A DNA stretch of 63,980 nucleotides, filler included, from Vicugna vicugna (GCA_013265495.1; 82 parts of 79 records of this genome joined end to end with filler, not necessarily neighbours in it); one strand, 5' to 3'; shown: positions 36,628 to 49,366, counted from the whole stretch's first letter. Made by a program: numbers and translations. The notes: generated from the sequence alone by a model not told the origin.

Positions 36628-37462
36628 NNNNNNNNNNNNNNNNNNNNNNNNNNNNNNNNNNNNNNNNNNNNTTAATTAATTAANNNNNNNNNNNNNNNNN
36701 NNNNNNNNNNNNNNNNNNNNNNNNNNNAAACACAGGACTTTTCTGATTATTATTATTATTATTTAACAACATATCAAGTGATAGATTTTACAAAGGGGAC
36801 CTAATTTATGTTATCCTAGAAAAGACATAATGTCTCAAGGATACGTAGGAGATATTCTGAAAAGTGTATCCCAGGTGACAAATATGTGGACTACAAGATA
36901 CGAAGTATCCTGGGCTGCTGGAGGGTCTAGATGAGGCCTCTCTGGGCCAAGCCTGATGGCAGGAGATAAAAGTGGAGAGGCAATCAGATATTCTTTTTGG
37001 ATATAAAATTTAAAACTCTCAGAAAAATGATCACTCATGGCATTTTCTTTTATTGTACCATATGTGTCCCCCCTTATAACTATTAACCTAAGGTATGAAA
37101 TATTTTTTAGTGATATGTAGTAATGATTTCCTAGAAAGGCAATATAATATAAAGTCTAGAAACCCACAAGATTAATTTATAGTCATTTTACTGTATGATT
37201 TTTCGTGATTTGAGAAATGTGCATAAGTTTTCCAAATTGTGACAATAGTTTGATTTCCAGTTATTCTTTGCCTTCCTATTTTTCTCTGAATGCTAAGCTA
37301 TCATCTGAACAATGAAACTGTCTGATCCCTCACAGCCAAAATGAAAGAGACCCTTAGAAATGNNNNNNNNNNNNNNNNNNNNNNNNNNNNNNNNNNNNNN
37401 NNNNNNTTAATTAATTAANNNNNNNNNNNNNNNNNNNNNNNNNNNNNNNNNNNNNNNNNNNN

Positions 37463-38288
37463 AGGGAACACCTGTGACTGAAGAGAGATGCGTGGAGTTG
37501 TCTTTCGTGCTCCCCCACGCAGTGACAATTGTTCCGAAATCCTGAGCGTGGGGAGGATCCACCAACGGTCGGCAGCGCGTGGGTTCTAACGGAAAGCCTA
37601 AGCTCGTCTCCCCTGAGGGTTTTCCTAATGTCTCTGTGCCAGGGAATGCTAGGGNNNNNNNNNNNNNNNNNNNNNNNNNNNNNNNNNNNNNNNNNNNNNN
37701 NNNNNNNNNNNNNNNNNNNNNNNNNNNNNNNNNNNNNNNNNNNNNNNNNNNNNNNNNNNNNNNNNNNNNNNNNNNNNNNNNNNNNNNNNNNNNNNNNNNN
37801 NNNNNNNNNNNNNNNNNNNNNNNNNNNNNNNNNNNNNNNNNNNNNNNNNNNNNNNNNNNNNNNNNNNNNNNNNNNNNNNNNNNNNNNNNNNTCTCTGTGC
37901 CAGGGAATGCTAGGGGGTTTTGCAGGATATCCCAGTGACAGAGGATGCCTCCCCAAGGTCAGGGAAGTTATTTCTCGGGCTTCCCAGATAAGGGAACACC
38001 TGTGACTGAAGAGAGCTGCGTGGAGTTGTCTCTCGAGCTCCCCCACGCACTGACAATGGTTCCGAAATCCTGAGCTTGGGAAGGTTACACCAAAGTTCGG
38101 CAGTGCGTGGGTTCTAACGGAAAGCCTAAGCTCGTTTCCCCTGAGGGTTTTCCTAATGTCTCTGTGCCAGGGAATGCTAGGGGGTTTGCAGGATATCTCA
38201 GGGACAGAGACTGTATCCCCAAGGTCAGGGAAGGTATTTCTAAGACTTCCCGGAACAGAGAACACCTGTGACTGAAGAGAGCTGCGTG
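37463..38288 (+). repeat. SAT-A satellite (gapped)
   Basis: SAT-A unit sequence. Confidence 0.94.
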
Positions 38289-39429
38289 NNNNNNNNNNNN
38301 NNNNNNNNNNNNNNNNNNNNNNNNNNNNNNNNTTAATTAATTAANNNNNNNNNNNNNNNNNNNNNNNNNNNNNNNNNNNNNNNNNNNNATGTGTTCCCTT
38401 TGTTGCTTCCCACTAGTGGCCCCTTGAGCTCTGACAAGAATAGCATGTCGTTAATCTAGATTGAAGGAGATCTGAAGAGATTTATTCAAGGAGATGAAAT
38501 TTGTAGGCAATATATTGGAATGTATTGAGAAATTTATTCATTAGGAGAAGGTCTGGGGTTGAATTGTTAAGTGCACAGAAATCTAAGCTATGAACCACCA
38601 AGACAATTATTAACTCCAGGAAAAACAAAGTAGGGAAGGAAAAAGTAAGCCTAGCANNNNNNNNNNNNNNNNNNNNNNNNNNNNNNNNNNNNNNNNNNNN
38701 NNNNNNNNNNNNNNNNNNNNNNNNNNNNNNNNNNNNNNNNNNNNNNNNNNNNNNNNNNNNNNNNNNNNNNNNNTGTAGATGAGATGGGGTTTGAAAGAGA
38801 GCTTAATCCTCATTTTCCAAAACAGAAATTTAAATAGGTGTTACATAAAGCTGAAAAAAGTCAGTAGGCTGTGTTACAAGGATATTAGTCAGAGAAAGNN
38901 NNNNNNNNNNNNNNNNNNNNNNNNNNNNNNNNNNNNNNNNNNTTAATTAATTAANNNNNNNNNNNNNNNNNNNNNNNNNNNNNNNNNNNNNNNNNNNNTG
39001 AAGCAGTGGATACACGTAAATATTCACGACTGTCAACTCCGCTTATGGGTCTGGGCCCTTCATTGCCTGAACGGGGGTCAAATCCCCACCCATGTCTGGG
39101 AGGGAAGCGCGGCTCTTCCGGGTCTAACCCAGGCTTCACGGGCTGTTTCCCCCAACAGAGTGTCCTCAACGATTAAAAAACTGTCAAGAATTTTACACCA
39201 TGCAAATCTGAAAGACATTTCTGCAGATGGAGCACTTTCTCAGGCTTAAAACCTTTTCGCCTACACTCAGCAAGGGGGAAAAAGAAACATGACTCTACAA
39301 AATTTCTGAGCCTCAACTCTCACAGGAGTAGAATGGCCTCAGCACAAGATGAGTCTTCACATTGCAGGGTGAGAACAAAATAAAGCCGCCCCAACAACAG
39401 GCACTCCCAGAGACAGCATCAGCAGCCTT

Positions 39430-39692
39430 CTGCACAAGTTGTGCAGCCCTTAACACCATCTATATCCAGAACACTTCATCGTCCGAAAAGAACACCCCTG
39501 TCACTAGCAGTCACTCCCCAACCCCCCTCCATCCAGCCCCTTGCAACCGTCACCTGCTCTCTGCCTCTGCATGTGCCTTTTCTGGGCATTTCTGATCACT
39601 GAAGTCAACAATATGTGGCCATTGGTGTCTGGTTCCTTTCACTTAATGTGCTGTTATCAAGGCTCGTCCATGTTGAAGTGGTATCAGCATCT
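39430..39692 (-). mobile_element. Old L1 (L1MB-like) 3' UTR fragment
   Basis: ccagaacacttcatc...tagcagtcactcccca...caatatgtggcc...tctggttcctttcacttaatg...tccatgttg. Confidence 0.75.
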
Positions 39693-39792
39693 NNNNNNNN
39701 NNNNNNNNNNNNNNNNNNNNNNNNNNNNNNNNNNNNTTAATTAATTAANNNNNNNNNNNNNNNNNNNNNNNNNNNNNNNNNNNNNNNNNNNN

Positions 39793-40057
39793 TTTTCCAT
39801 ATTCTATATTCTGTGTTCTACATTCTATATATTGTATCCTATATCTGCATTCTTTATTCTATATTATATATTCTGTGTTCTACGTTCTATATTCTAAATT
39901 CTGTATTCATTATTCTATATTCTATTTTCTAAATTCTGTGTGCTGCATTCCGTTTTCTAAATTCTGGATTCTATATTCTCTATTCTATATTCTCTATTCT
40001 GTGTTCTACATTCTATACTATAAATTATATATTCAGTATTCTGTATTCTATATTCTA
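39793..40057 (-). repeat. SAT-E heptamer satellite
   Basis: (ATATTCT)n variants. Confidence 0.92.
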
Positions 40058-40157
40058 NNNNNNNNNNNNNNNNNNNNNNNNNNNNNNNNNNNNNNNNNNN
40101 NTTAATTAATTAANNNNNNNNNNNNNNNNNNNNNNNNNNNNNNNNNNNNNNNNNNNN

Positions 40158-40998
40158 TATTCTATATTATATATATTGTGTGTTTTTCATATTATACTCT
40201 ACATACTATATTTTGCATTCCGTAACCTATATTCTAAATTCTGAGTTATAATTCTAAATTCTTAACTCTATATTCAGTATTCTGTTTTTTATATTCTTAA
40301 TTCTGTGTTCTTCTTACTATTTTCTAAATCCTATATTCAGTATTCTGTTTTAAATATTCTAAATTCTGTGTTTGCATTCCACGTTTTAAATTCTGGTTTC
40401 TATATTTTATATACTAATTCTATATTCTGTGTTCTACATTCTATATTCTAAATTCTATATTCAGTCTTCTGTTCTATAGTCTAAATTCTGTGTTCTGCAT
40501 TCTATATTCTAAATTCTATATTCAGTATTCTGTATTCAATATTGTAAATTCAGTGTTCTGCATTCCAATTTCTAAATTCTGTGTTCTANNNNNNNNNNNN
40601 NNNNNNNNNNNNNNNNNNNNNNNNNNNNNNNNNNNNNNNNNNNNNNNNNNNNNNNNNNNNNNNNNNNNNNNNNNNNNNNNNNNNNNNNNNNNNNNNNNNN
40701 NNNNNNNNNNNNNNNNNNNNNNNNNNNNNNNNNNNNNNNNNNNNNNNNNNNNNNNNNNNNNNNNNNNNNNNNNNNNNNNNNNNNNNNNNNNNNNNNNNNN
40801 NNNNNNNNNNNNNNNNNNNNNNNNNNNNNNNNNNNNNNNNNNNNNNNNNNNNNNNNNNNNNNNNNNNNNNNNNNNNNNNNNNNNNNNNNNAGTATTCTGT
40901 ATTCTATATTCTAAATGCTGTGTTCTGCATTCCAAGTCTAAATGATTTAATAAGTATTCTCTATTCAATATTCTATATTCTGTGTTCGACATTCTATA
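40158..40998 (-). repeat. SAT-E heptamer satellite (gapped)
   Basis: (ATATTCT)n variants. Confidence 0.92.
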
Positions 40999-41098
40999 NN
41001 NNNNNNNNNNNNNNNNNNNNNNNNNNNNNNNNNNNNNNNNNNTTAATTAATTAANNNNNNNNNNNNNNNNNNNNNNNNNNNNNNNNNNNNNNNNNNNN

Positions 41099-41813
41099 GT
41101 GAAATCCATCCTTCACCTAGCTTGAAGGGAACACAAATTTTCTATTCAGGTGCAAACTCCATTCCATACATATGTATGGGGAGCTACAAACTGCAAATCG
41201 GTTTTACAGTGAAAACGGCAGGCATTTAAAACCGGCACAAGGAAACAGACTGAGAAACCAGAGTAAGTGTTTCTCCTGCATCCCGTTCCCTTTGTGCNNN
41301 NNNNNNNNNNNNNNNNNNNNNNNNNNNNNNNNNNNNNNNNNNNNNNNNNNNNNNNNNNNNNNNNNNNNNNNNNNNNNNNNNNNNNNNNNNNNNNNNNNNN
41401 NNNNNNNNNNNNNNNNNNNNNNNNNNNNNNNNNNNNNNNNNNNNNNNNNNNNNNNNNNNNNNNNNNNNNNNNNNNNNNNNNNNNNNNNNNNNNNNNNNNN
41501 NNNNNNNNNNNNNNNNNNNNNNNNNNNNNNNNNNNNNNNNNNNNNNNNNNNNNNNNNNNNNNNNNNNNNNNNNNNNNNNNNNNNNNNNNNNNNNNNNNNN
41601 NNNNNNNNNNNNNNNNNNNNNNNNNNNNNNNNNNNNNNNNNNNNNNNNNNNNNNNNNNNNNNNNNNNNNNNNNNNNNNNNNNNNNNNNNNNNNNGTTTTA
41701 CAGTGAAAACGGCAGGCACTTCAAACCGGCACTAGGAAACAGACTGAGAACACAGACTAAGTGTTTAGGCTGCAAACCGTTCCCTTTGTGCTGGATGAAC
41801 GAACGTCTCTCCA
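41099..41813 (+). repeat. SAT-B satellite (gapped)
   Basis: GTTTTACAGTGAAAACGGCAGGCA occurs twice. Confidence 0.9.
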
Positions 41814-42942
41814 NNNNNNNNNNNNNNNNNNNNNNNNNNNNNNNNNNNNNNNNNNNNTTAATTAATTAANNNNNNNNNNNNNNNNNNNNNNNNNNNNNNN
41901 NNNNNNNNNNNNNATGTTAGTTTCAAGTGTATAGCAAAGCAATTCAGTTATACATATAAAAATGTGTATTTTTTTTAAAAAAGTCCTCTTCTTTTGTTGA
42001 GGACTGCAAAATGGAATTAGGTGTTTTGAAGTTAATTCTTTGTTGAAATCTGCACATGTCAGTATTTTGTCTGTGAAAATGTTTGCTCTGGCTTTCCATG
42101 CTCAGTCCACAGAGTCAAAAGCCAACTGAAGATAAAAGATAGACTTGATCTAGAGAGTGTATATGAAATTTTCTATTTAAATGTTTGGATTCCTAGGATA
42201 TGTTTATCTTGTTTTTAAATCTTATTGCTTTTAGAGTAGGAAATTAAAAAATAATAATAATAAGGTAGGAAACACAAATATTTTCTTAGAAAGGGATTAG
42301 GGAATTTTTATGCAATTCATTATTAATATTAATTTTAACAGAGTACCTCCAAGATTCAACTACCGAACTATGTTGATCAGTTATCTGGAGCTGCAGGTCA
42401 AGGAGAAAAAAATACATTAAATGGACAAATAGAAAGTAAGCACTGTATTTTATAAAAAAAGTCACTTGACAGAATGTTGATTTAAAACATGAATTCGGAT
42501 ATATTCTCTAAGCCAAAGAAAATCACCTGTTGAACATATAGTGAGAAAAAAGAGGAGAAAAGGAGGTAAATTTTATATCCTATCAGCTGTCAGCAACGAA
42601 GAATGCTGTTTGGGGAGCTCAGTTGTTAGTTTTCCTTCAAGATGCTGTGTGATCTGAGGACAGCCAGGAAGTCAGGAGGAGGGAGGGAGGAGTGAAGAAT
42701 GAGAGAGGCAGGGAGGAGCGGAGTAAATGAAGGAAAAGGAGGGGGGTCCCTGGCAGGAGGTGGTCATGTAGAATAGTTCTTTAGAAGAAGGAAGAGCAGA
42801 GTGTTTGAAATGAGATGGGTATGAAGTGAGCTTCTTCCAGCANNNNNNNNNNNNNNNNNNNNNNNNNNNNNNNNNNNNNNNNNNNNTTAATTAATTAANN
42901 NNNNNNNNNNNNNNNNNNNNNNNNNNNNNNNNNNNNNNNNNN

Positions 42943-43393
42943 CTAGGCAAATAATCAGGTAAGACAAGCAAATGTATTCTATTAAAAGCAAGACGCTTAT
43001 GTCACTTGGAGGATCTTCCCCACCCTCAGGATTCTGGAACCCAATCTTGTGTGGTGGGGATGTGTGTAGCCCCACTCCACGCAGATGAATGGGTGCTCAG
43101 GTGATTCCCTTTAGGGAGAATTCCTCTAAGAAATTCCTCAGTCCATTGTGGTTTACTCGCTGCTACTTGGCCTCCAAGCCCAACCCTCAGTTTTCCCTCA
43201 TGGCCCGGCCTAAGGAAACATTCAACGAACAAAGATAAGGGATTCTAATAGATCCCAGGTGCTGCTGTCATTTCGAGTAGCCTCCCCATGCTCAGGATTC
43301 TTGAGAACATCTTCGTTTGTGTGCTGTTTGTGGAGAAACACAGTCCATGCATATTTCAGGGGGCACAGGTATTCCCTTCTTGGGGGTTGTTGT
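42943..43393 (-). repeat. SAT-C satellite
   Basis: GGGATTCTAATAGATCCCAGGTGCTGCTGTC core. Confidence 0.87.
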
Positions 43394-44262
43394 NNNNNNN
43401 NNNNNNNNNNNNNNNNNNNNNNNNNNNNNNNNNNNNNTTAATTAATTAANNNNNNNNNNNNNNNNNNNNNNNNNNNNNNNNNNNNNNNNNNNNACTGGGG
43501 CCAGACGGTTTTTGTTCTGGTTCCGATGTGAACATCGGCCGTCTTGCTTCGGGCTTGTCAGTCTGTTTAGGGGCCCTGCTCATGTTTCCTGCACTGCAGG
43601 TGAATTTGGTCTTTCCATAGTTTTTCTCAGGAAATATATCTGAAGTGTATAAGCTCTATGATCCCTCCCCTCTGAAAACCCTGGCCTTCTGGTGAGATGG
43701 AGCGGTGACAGGGAGGCCACAGCCATAGAGGCCTTGTCCCAGCAGGACTCGCTCCCTGGGCAGTAAGGGCCATTCTTACCTGAAGGAAAACACGATGTGT
43801 GTGTACCATGGGCCACGTGCTGGAGAATGCTGGAGAAGGTATGTAACCTCTCATTCAGTATAATTTGGTCCTGCTCAAGCTTCCCATTTTACTTTTTGTA
43901 GGAGGTAACAGTTGAAGATTTTCTTTCAATAAAGCTATTTAGAGCTTATCTTTTTTTTTAAATTGAAATGTGGTTGANNNNNNNNNNNNNNNNNNNNNNN
44001 NNNNNNNNNNNNNNNNNNNNNTTAATTAATTAANNNNNNNNNNNNNNNNNNNNNNNNNNNNNNNNNNNNNNNNNNNNTAAAACTAAAATGTTAAGGTCTG
44101 TTCTATGCTAATAATTTTTTTATCACAGAATCTTAAATACATTAAATGAAAAAAGTGGTTCTGTTGTAATGTTTTGTGAAAATTCTACAGGGAAAAATTA
44201 AACAAATGTATTTTGTTCTCTGTATATGAGTAAAACATTTATTTCAGAAAAACTCCTTTAGA

Positions 44263-44355
44263 GGGGAGGGTACAGCTCAGTGGTAAATCACATGCTTAGC
44301 ATGCACAAGGCCCTGGGTTCAATCCCCAGTGCCTCCATTAAATAAAAAAAGAAAA
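44263..44355 (+). mobile_element. Camelid tRNA-derived SINE (Vic-1-like)
   Basis: GGGGAGGGTACAGCTCAGTGGTA...GCATGCACAAGGCCCTGGGTTCAATCCCCAGTGCCTCC plus an A-rich tail. Confidence 0.9.
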
Positions 44356-44840
44356 TCATCAGTGTAACAACACTAAAATGAAGCAATTAAAGTTGAAATA
44401 CAATTGACATGTTAGCAAGTGAAGCTTTGCTCTACATAAAGGTCAGAATTCAATTAACCATTTTAAAACCATTTTAAAACACTGGAAAAAAAAAAACCTT
44501 AGCATCTAATAATTAATCTCTCAGAGTCCCTAAGAAGTATAGGGATTCCAAACTGAGAACTTTAGTGTATCCCAAAATAAATGGAAACTTCTGAGCTAAA
44601 TCTTACATTTTAAAAATCTTTTTCCTATGCTTCTGAGTATCTTTTCCCAAACATGGATAGTAACAATAATATGTCTTATTCATGTCAAATCTTTCAATTA
44701 AATTTGCAAACAAAAAGGAATTAGAAATGAGAAGACTGTGNNNNNNNNNNNNNNNNNNNNNNNNNNNNNNNNNNNNNNNNNNNNTTAATTAATTAANNNN
44801 NNNNNNNNNNNNNNNNNNNNNNNNNNNNNNNNNNNNNNNN

Positions 44841-45807
44841 TTAAAGTACATTCCCTCCATGGGAACACCTGTGCCCCCATAAAGTAGAGTGGAGTATGTA
44901 TCTCCAACAACATCACACACACAAAGACTTGTTCAGGTATCCTGAGTGTGGGGAGTCTCCTCCAACTGACAGCAGCGCCTGGGTTCTAATAGAATCCCTT
45001 AGCTTGTCTTACCTGATGGCATGCCTAATCTGGAGAGTGGGGGAAGGTGTGGGTTGGGTTTGAAGTCCAAGTATGAACGAGTGCCCCCGATTTACTGAGG
45101 AAATACTTAGAGGATTTCACGCTAATGTGTAACATCTGTGCCCCCATTCAACTGTGTGGACTGGGTATCCACACCTCCCACACACACAATACTGGGATCC
45201 GGAATCCTGAGTGTGTGGAGAATCCTCCAAATGACAGCAGCACCTGGGTTCTATTAGAATCCCTTAGCTTGTGTTCCCTGAGTGTTTACATAGGCCAGGC
45301 TTTGATCTAATGTGGGGTTTGGTCTCTATAGCTAGGTTTTAGCGAGTGCCTCTCTATGGGATTAAAACTACAGCCCTAACCTTTAAACACCTGCCCCCCA
45401 TATAAATGCGTGGTCTCTCTTCCCCACCTCCAGCACACCCACGAAGAATATTTCTGGTATACTGATTGTGGGTAGGCACCTCCAAATGACAGCAGCCACT
45501 GGGAACTTATAATATGATTAGGCTTGCTTTCCCTGAGTGTTTCCATTGTCCAGGTTGTGAGCAAAGTTGGGTGTTGGGCACTAAATTCTAGTAATAGCGA
45601 GTGCCTCTCTATGGGCAGTGGAGGTGTTTATAATACATCCCCAAACTTGGAACAACTGTGCCCCCCAAAATATGTGTCGACCCAGTTTCCCCAACTCCAG
45701 CACACACAGGAAGAAGTGTTCTGGGGTACTGAGTGTGGGGAGGTTCCTCCAACTAACAGCAACGCCTGGGTTCTAATAAAATACATTTACTTGTCTTCAA
45801 TGATGGC
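44841..45807 (+). repeat. SAT-C satellite, ~3.6 consecutive divergent monomers
   Basis: CCAA-TGACAGCAGC-like anchors at 44962, 45227, 45482 and 45749 (265, 255 and 267 bp). Confidence 0.92.
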
Positions 45808-45907
45808 NNNNNNNNNNNNNNNNNNNNNNNNNNNNNNNNNNNNNNNNNNNNTTAATTAATTAANNNNNNNNNNNNNNNNNNNNNNNNNNNNNNNNNNNNN
45901 NNNNNNN

Positions 45908-46370
45908 AATTCATGTAAATTACATATCTGTTAGGTGGAAATCACTCAGGAAATATGTTTCTGTGAAAAAAGCACAAATTTGAATCTGGTGTTTGGGAAA
46001 GCTTGTGAAAATGTGTACACGTGTCTAGATGAAAATATTCCTTTTTTAGAGGATGAAAGATTAGTAATCCACATGCTCTCAACTCAGGAATGCATATTTG
46101 TCAAATCCGTCATGTATGTAGCATGTACGGAACAGGGAATATAATTNNNNNNNNNNNNNNNNNNNNNNNNNNNNNNNNNNNNNNNNNNNNNNNNNNNNNN
46201 NNNNNNNNNNNNNNNNNNNNAAGTGTGATTAACCGGTGATAGGCAGAATCTACGAAGTCAAAATAAATATTTCAAAGCGCATAGGTAACTAGTTTGATGG
46301 TTGAAACATCAGTCATGCACATGTTCACAAGTCAGAAATTCAAGTTTGAATAATCCGTGTTGCATGAAAC
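45908..46370 (+). repeat. SAT-D satellite
   Basis: Monomer a followed by monomer b. Confidence 0.9.
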
Positions 46371-46978
46371 NNNNNNNNNNNNNNNNNNNNNNNNNNNNNN
46401 NNNNNNNNNNNNNNTTAATTAATTAANNNNNNNNNNNNNNNNNNNNNNNNNNNNNNNNNNNNNNNNNNNNCTTTGTGGCCTGGCTCACGGGTGGCAGGCT
46501 CAGAATGGTGTCTGGCAGAGAAAATCCTGGCAGTGGGTTTGAGATGTCTTGGACTCTTTCTTGTTAAGCTTTTTGTAATACATTCTTATCAACTATCCAT
46601 CCTGAAATGCCAAATTCAAAACTGAAAGAATGTTAGAAGTTGCCTGCTCCAACTGGCCAATGGTAAACACACACTGCTACAGTTAGATAGCTGGTCAGGC
46701 AGCCTCTGCCTGGATATTTACAGTGACNNNNNNNNNNNNNNNNNNNNNNTCCAAAGGTTACGGCAGGAAGGTCAGACAGAATTTTTGAACCTTAAACAGA
46801 TATCTGCCTCCTAGTCCTTGCTGAAAGGCAAGGAATAATGAGGATCCCTTCAAATGTAGTTTTGCCTGATCTGATTGTNNNNNNNNNNNNNNNNNNNNNN
46901 NNNNNNNNNNNNNNNNNNNNNNTTAATTAATTAANNNNNNNNNNNNNNNNNNNNNNNNNNNNNNNNNNNNNNNNNNNN

Positions 46979-47431
46979 TCATGCAGATGTTCACAACTCA
47001 GAAATGCATGTTTGAGGAATTCAAGATGCATGAAACATGTTCGTTATACGGAATTCAATGTTTATGTAAACAATGTAAATTACATGTGTATTGGTGAGAA
47101 TTCGCTCAAAGAGTTTTTTCTGGTGTCAAATGTCCGATTTTTGAACCTGGTGATAGAAAAACTTATGAAGTCAGAGTAAAAATTTCTAAGTGTATATTTG
47201 CCTTGTATGGTGGATGAAAGTTCAATAATCCACATGCTCACAACCTAGAGACTCATGTTTTCGTATCTGTCATGCATGAAGCATGTACGGAACCCGGAAT
47301 GCCATGTTGATGGAATTCATGTAAATTACATATCTGTTAGGTGGAAATCGCTCCTGAAATATTTTTCTGTGAAAAAAGCAGAAGAGTTCGAAACTGGAGT
47401 TAGGGAAAGCTTGTGAAAATGTGTACACATG
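46979..47431 (+). repeat. SAT-D satellite
   Basis: Monomer c followed by monomer a. Confidence 0.9.
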
Positions 47432-47531
47432 NNNNNNNNNNNNNNNNNNNNNNNNNNNNNNNNNNNNNNNNNNNNTTAATTAATTAANNNNNNNNNNNNN
47501 NNNNNNNNNNNNNNNNNNNNNNNNNNNNNNN

Positions 47532-47720
47532 TAACCTATACCTGTTTTTATTAAACCGATAATAACATGATCTCAACCCATCCTACTGTTAAAAATATTT
47601 AAAAAAGAAAGAAAAAAAATTCTATATTTCCCTGCCTCCCTCTCCCACTCTCAGTGATTTGTATGTCTTCTTTTATAATTTTGTGTTTTCTTTATTTGTA
47701 ATTCATGAGTTATCACCTTT
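47532..47720 (-). mobile_element. Probable L1 inter-ORF region fragment
   Basis: Composition and phrasing resemble the antisense ORF1-ORF2 spacer of laurasiatherian L1. There is no protein evidence. Confidence 0.35.
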
Positions 47721-47820
47721 NNNNNNNNNNNNNNNNNNNNNNNNNNNNNNNNNNNNNNNNNNNNTTAATTAATTAANNNNNNNNNNNNNNNNNNNNNNNN
47801 NNNNNNNNNNNNNNNNNNNN

Positions 47821-48327
47821 TTTTCATTCAGGAATTTGAATATCTTTCCACTCCATTCTGGCCTTAATATTAGTTCAGTGAAATCAGCTGGGAGCCTTAT
47901 GGGAATTCCTTTGTAACTCACACTTTGTTATTCTTTTGCTGCCTTTAGGATCATTTCTTTATCCTTGACTCTGGCCATATTAATTTTATGTCTTTGTGTG
48001 GGCCTATTTGTTTTCTTCCTGTTAGGGACACTCTGAGCTTACTGTACGTGGATATCCGATTCCTTCTTTAAGTTTGGGAAGTTCTCAGTCATGATTTCTT
48101 CAAACACCTTTGCTATCCCCTTTGATCTTTCCTCCTCTTCTGGGACTTGTAACATGCCAGATTGGCATGCTTTATATTAGCCCATAGGTCTCTTATGCTT
48201 TTTTCATTTGTTTCTCATTGTTTCTCTTGTAGCTCTTCTGATTGAAAGCTTTCTCTTTTCCTGTATTCTAAGTCACTAAATTGTTGTCCAGTCAGCTTTG
48301 CAAAACCATTTGATCATTTCTCATCTC
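47821..48327 (-). mobile_element. LINE-1 ORF1 fragment
   Basis: Colinear with 27986-28520 (gaaatcagctgggagccttatg...tttgggaagttctcagtcatga). Confidence 0.92.
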
Positions 48328-48427
48328 NNNNNNNNNNNNNNNNNNNNNNNNNNNNNNNNNNNNNNNNNNNNTTAATTAATTAANNNNNNNNNNNNNNNNN
48401 NNNNNNNNNNNNNNNNNNNNNNNNNNN

Positions 48428-49266
48428 AGAACCTTGTGATAGGAAAAACCTATGAAGTCAGTGTAAATATTTATAAGTTTACATACGCCTTGTTCGGAGG
48501 GTGAAAGGTCTGTAATCTACATGCTCACAAGTAGGAAACGNNNNNNNNNNNNNNNNNNNNNNNNNNNNNNNNNNNNNNNNNNNNNNNNNNNNNNNNNNNN
48601 NNNNNNNNNNNNNNNNNNNNNNNNNNNNNNNNNNNNNNNNNNNNNNNNNNNNNNNNNNNNNNNNNNNNNNNNNNNNNNNNNNNNNNNNNNNNNNNNNNNN
48701 NNNNNNNNNNNNNNNNNNNNNNNNNNNNNNNNNNNNNNNNNNNNNNNNNNNNNNNNNNNNNNNNNNNNNNNNNNNNNNNNNNNNNNNNNNNNNNNNNNNN
48801 NNNNNNNNNNNNNNNNNNNNNNNNNNNNNNNNNNNNNNNNNNNNNNNNNNNNNNNNNNNNNNNNNNNNNNNNNNNNNNNNNNNNNNNNNNNNNNNNNNNN
48901 NNNNNNNNNNNNNNNNNNNNNNNNNNNNNNNNNNNNNNNNNNNNNNNNNNNNNNNNNNNNNNNNNNNNNNNNNNNNNNNNNNNNNNNNNNNNNNNNNNNN
49001 NNNNNNNNNNNNNNNNNNNNNNNNNNNNNNNNNNNNNNNNNNNNNNNNNNNNNNNNNNTAATACGGAATGCCATGGTTATGTAAACAATGTAAATTACAT
49101 GTGTATTTGTGAGAATTCGCTCAAAGAGTGTTTTCTGGTGCCAGATGTCCGATTTTAGAACCTGGTGATAGGAAAATCCTATGAAGTCAGAGTAACTAAT
49201 TCTAAGTTTATATACACATAATTTGTTGGATGAAAGATCAGTAATCCACATGCTCACAAGTCAGAA
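48428..49266 (+). repeat. SAT-D satellite (gapped)
   Basis: Monomer c sequence on both sides of the gap. Confidence 0.88.
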
Positions 49267-49366
49267 NNNNNNNNNNNNNNNNNNNNNNNNNNNNNNNNNN
49301 NNNNNNNNNNTTAATTAATTAANNNNNNNNNNNNNNNNNNNNNNNNNNNNNNNNNNNNNNNNNNNN

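Noticed and set aside
44263..44337. tRNA-like A and B boxes
   Set aside because: It has an A-rich tail and a second diverged copy with a TSD, so it is a SINE and not a tRNA gene.
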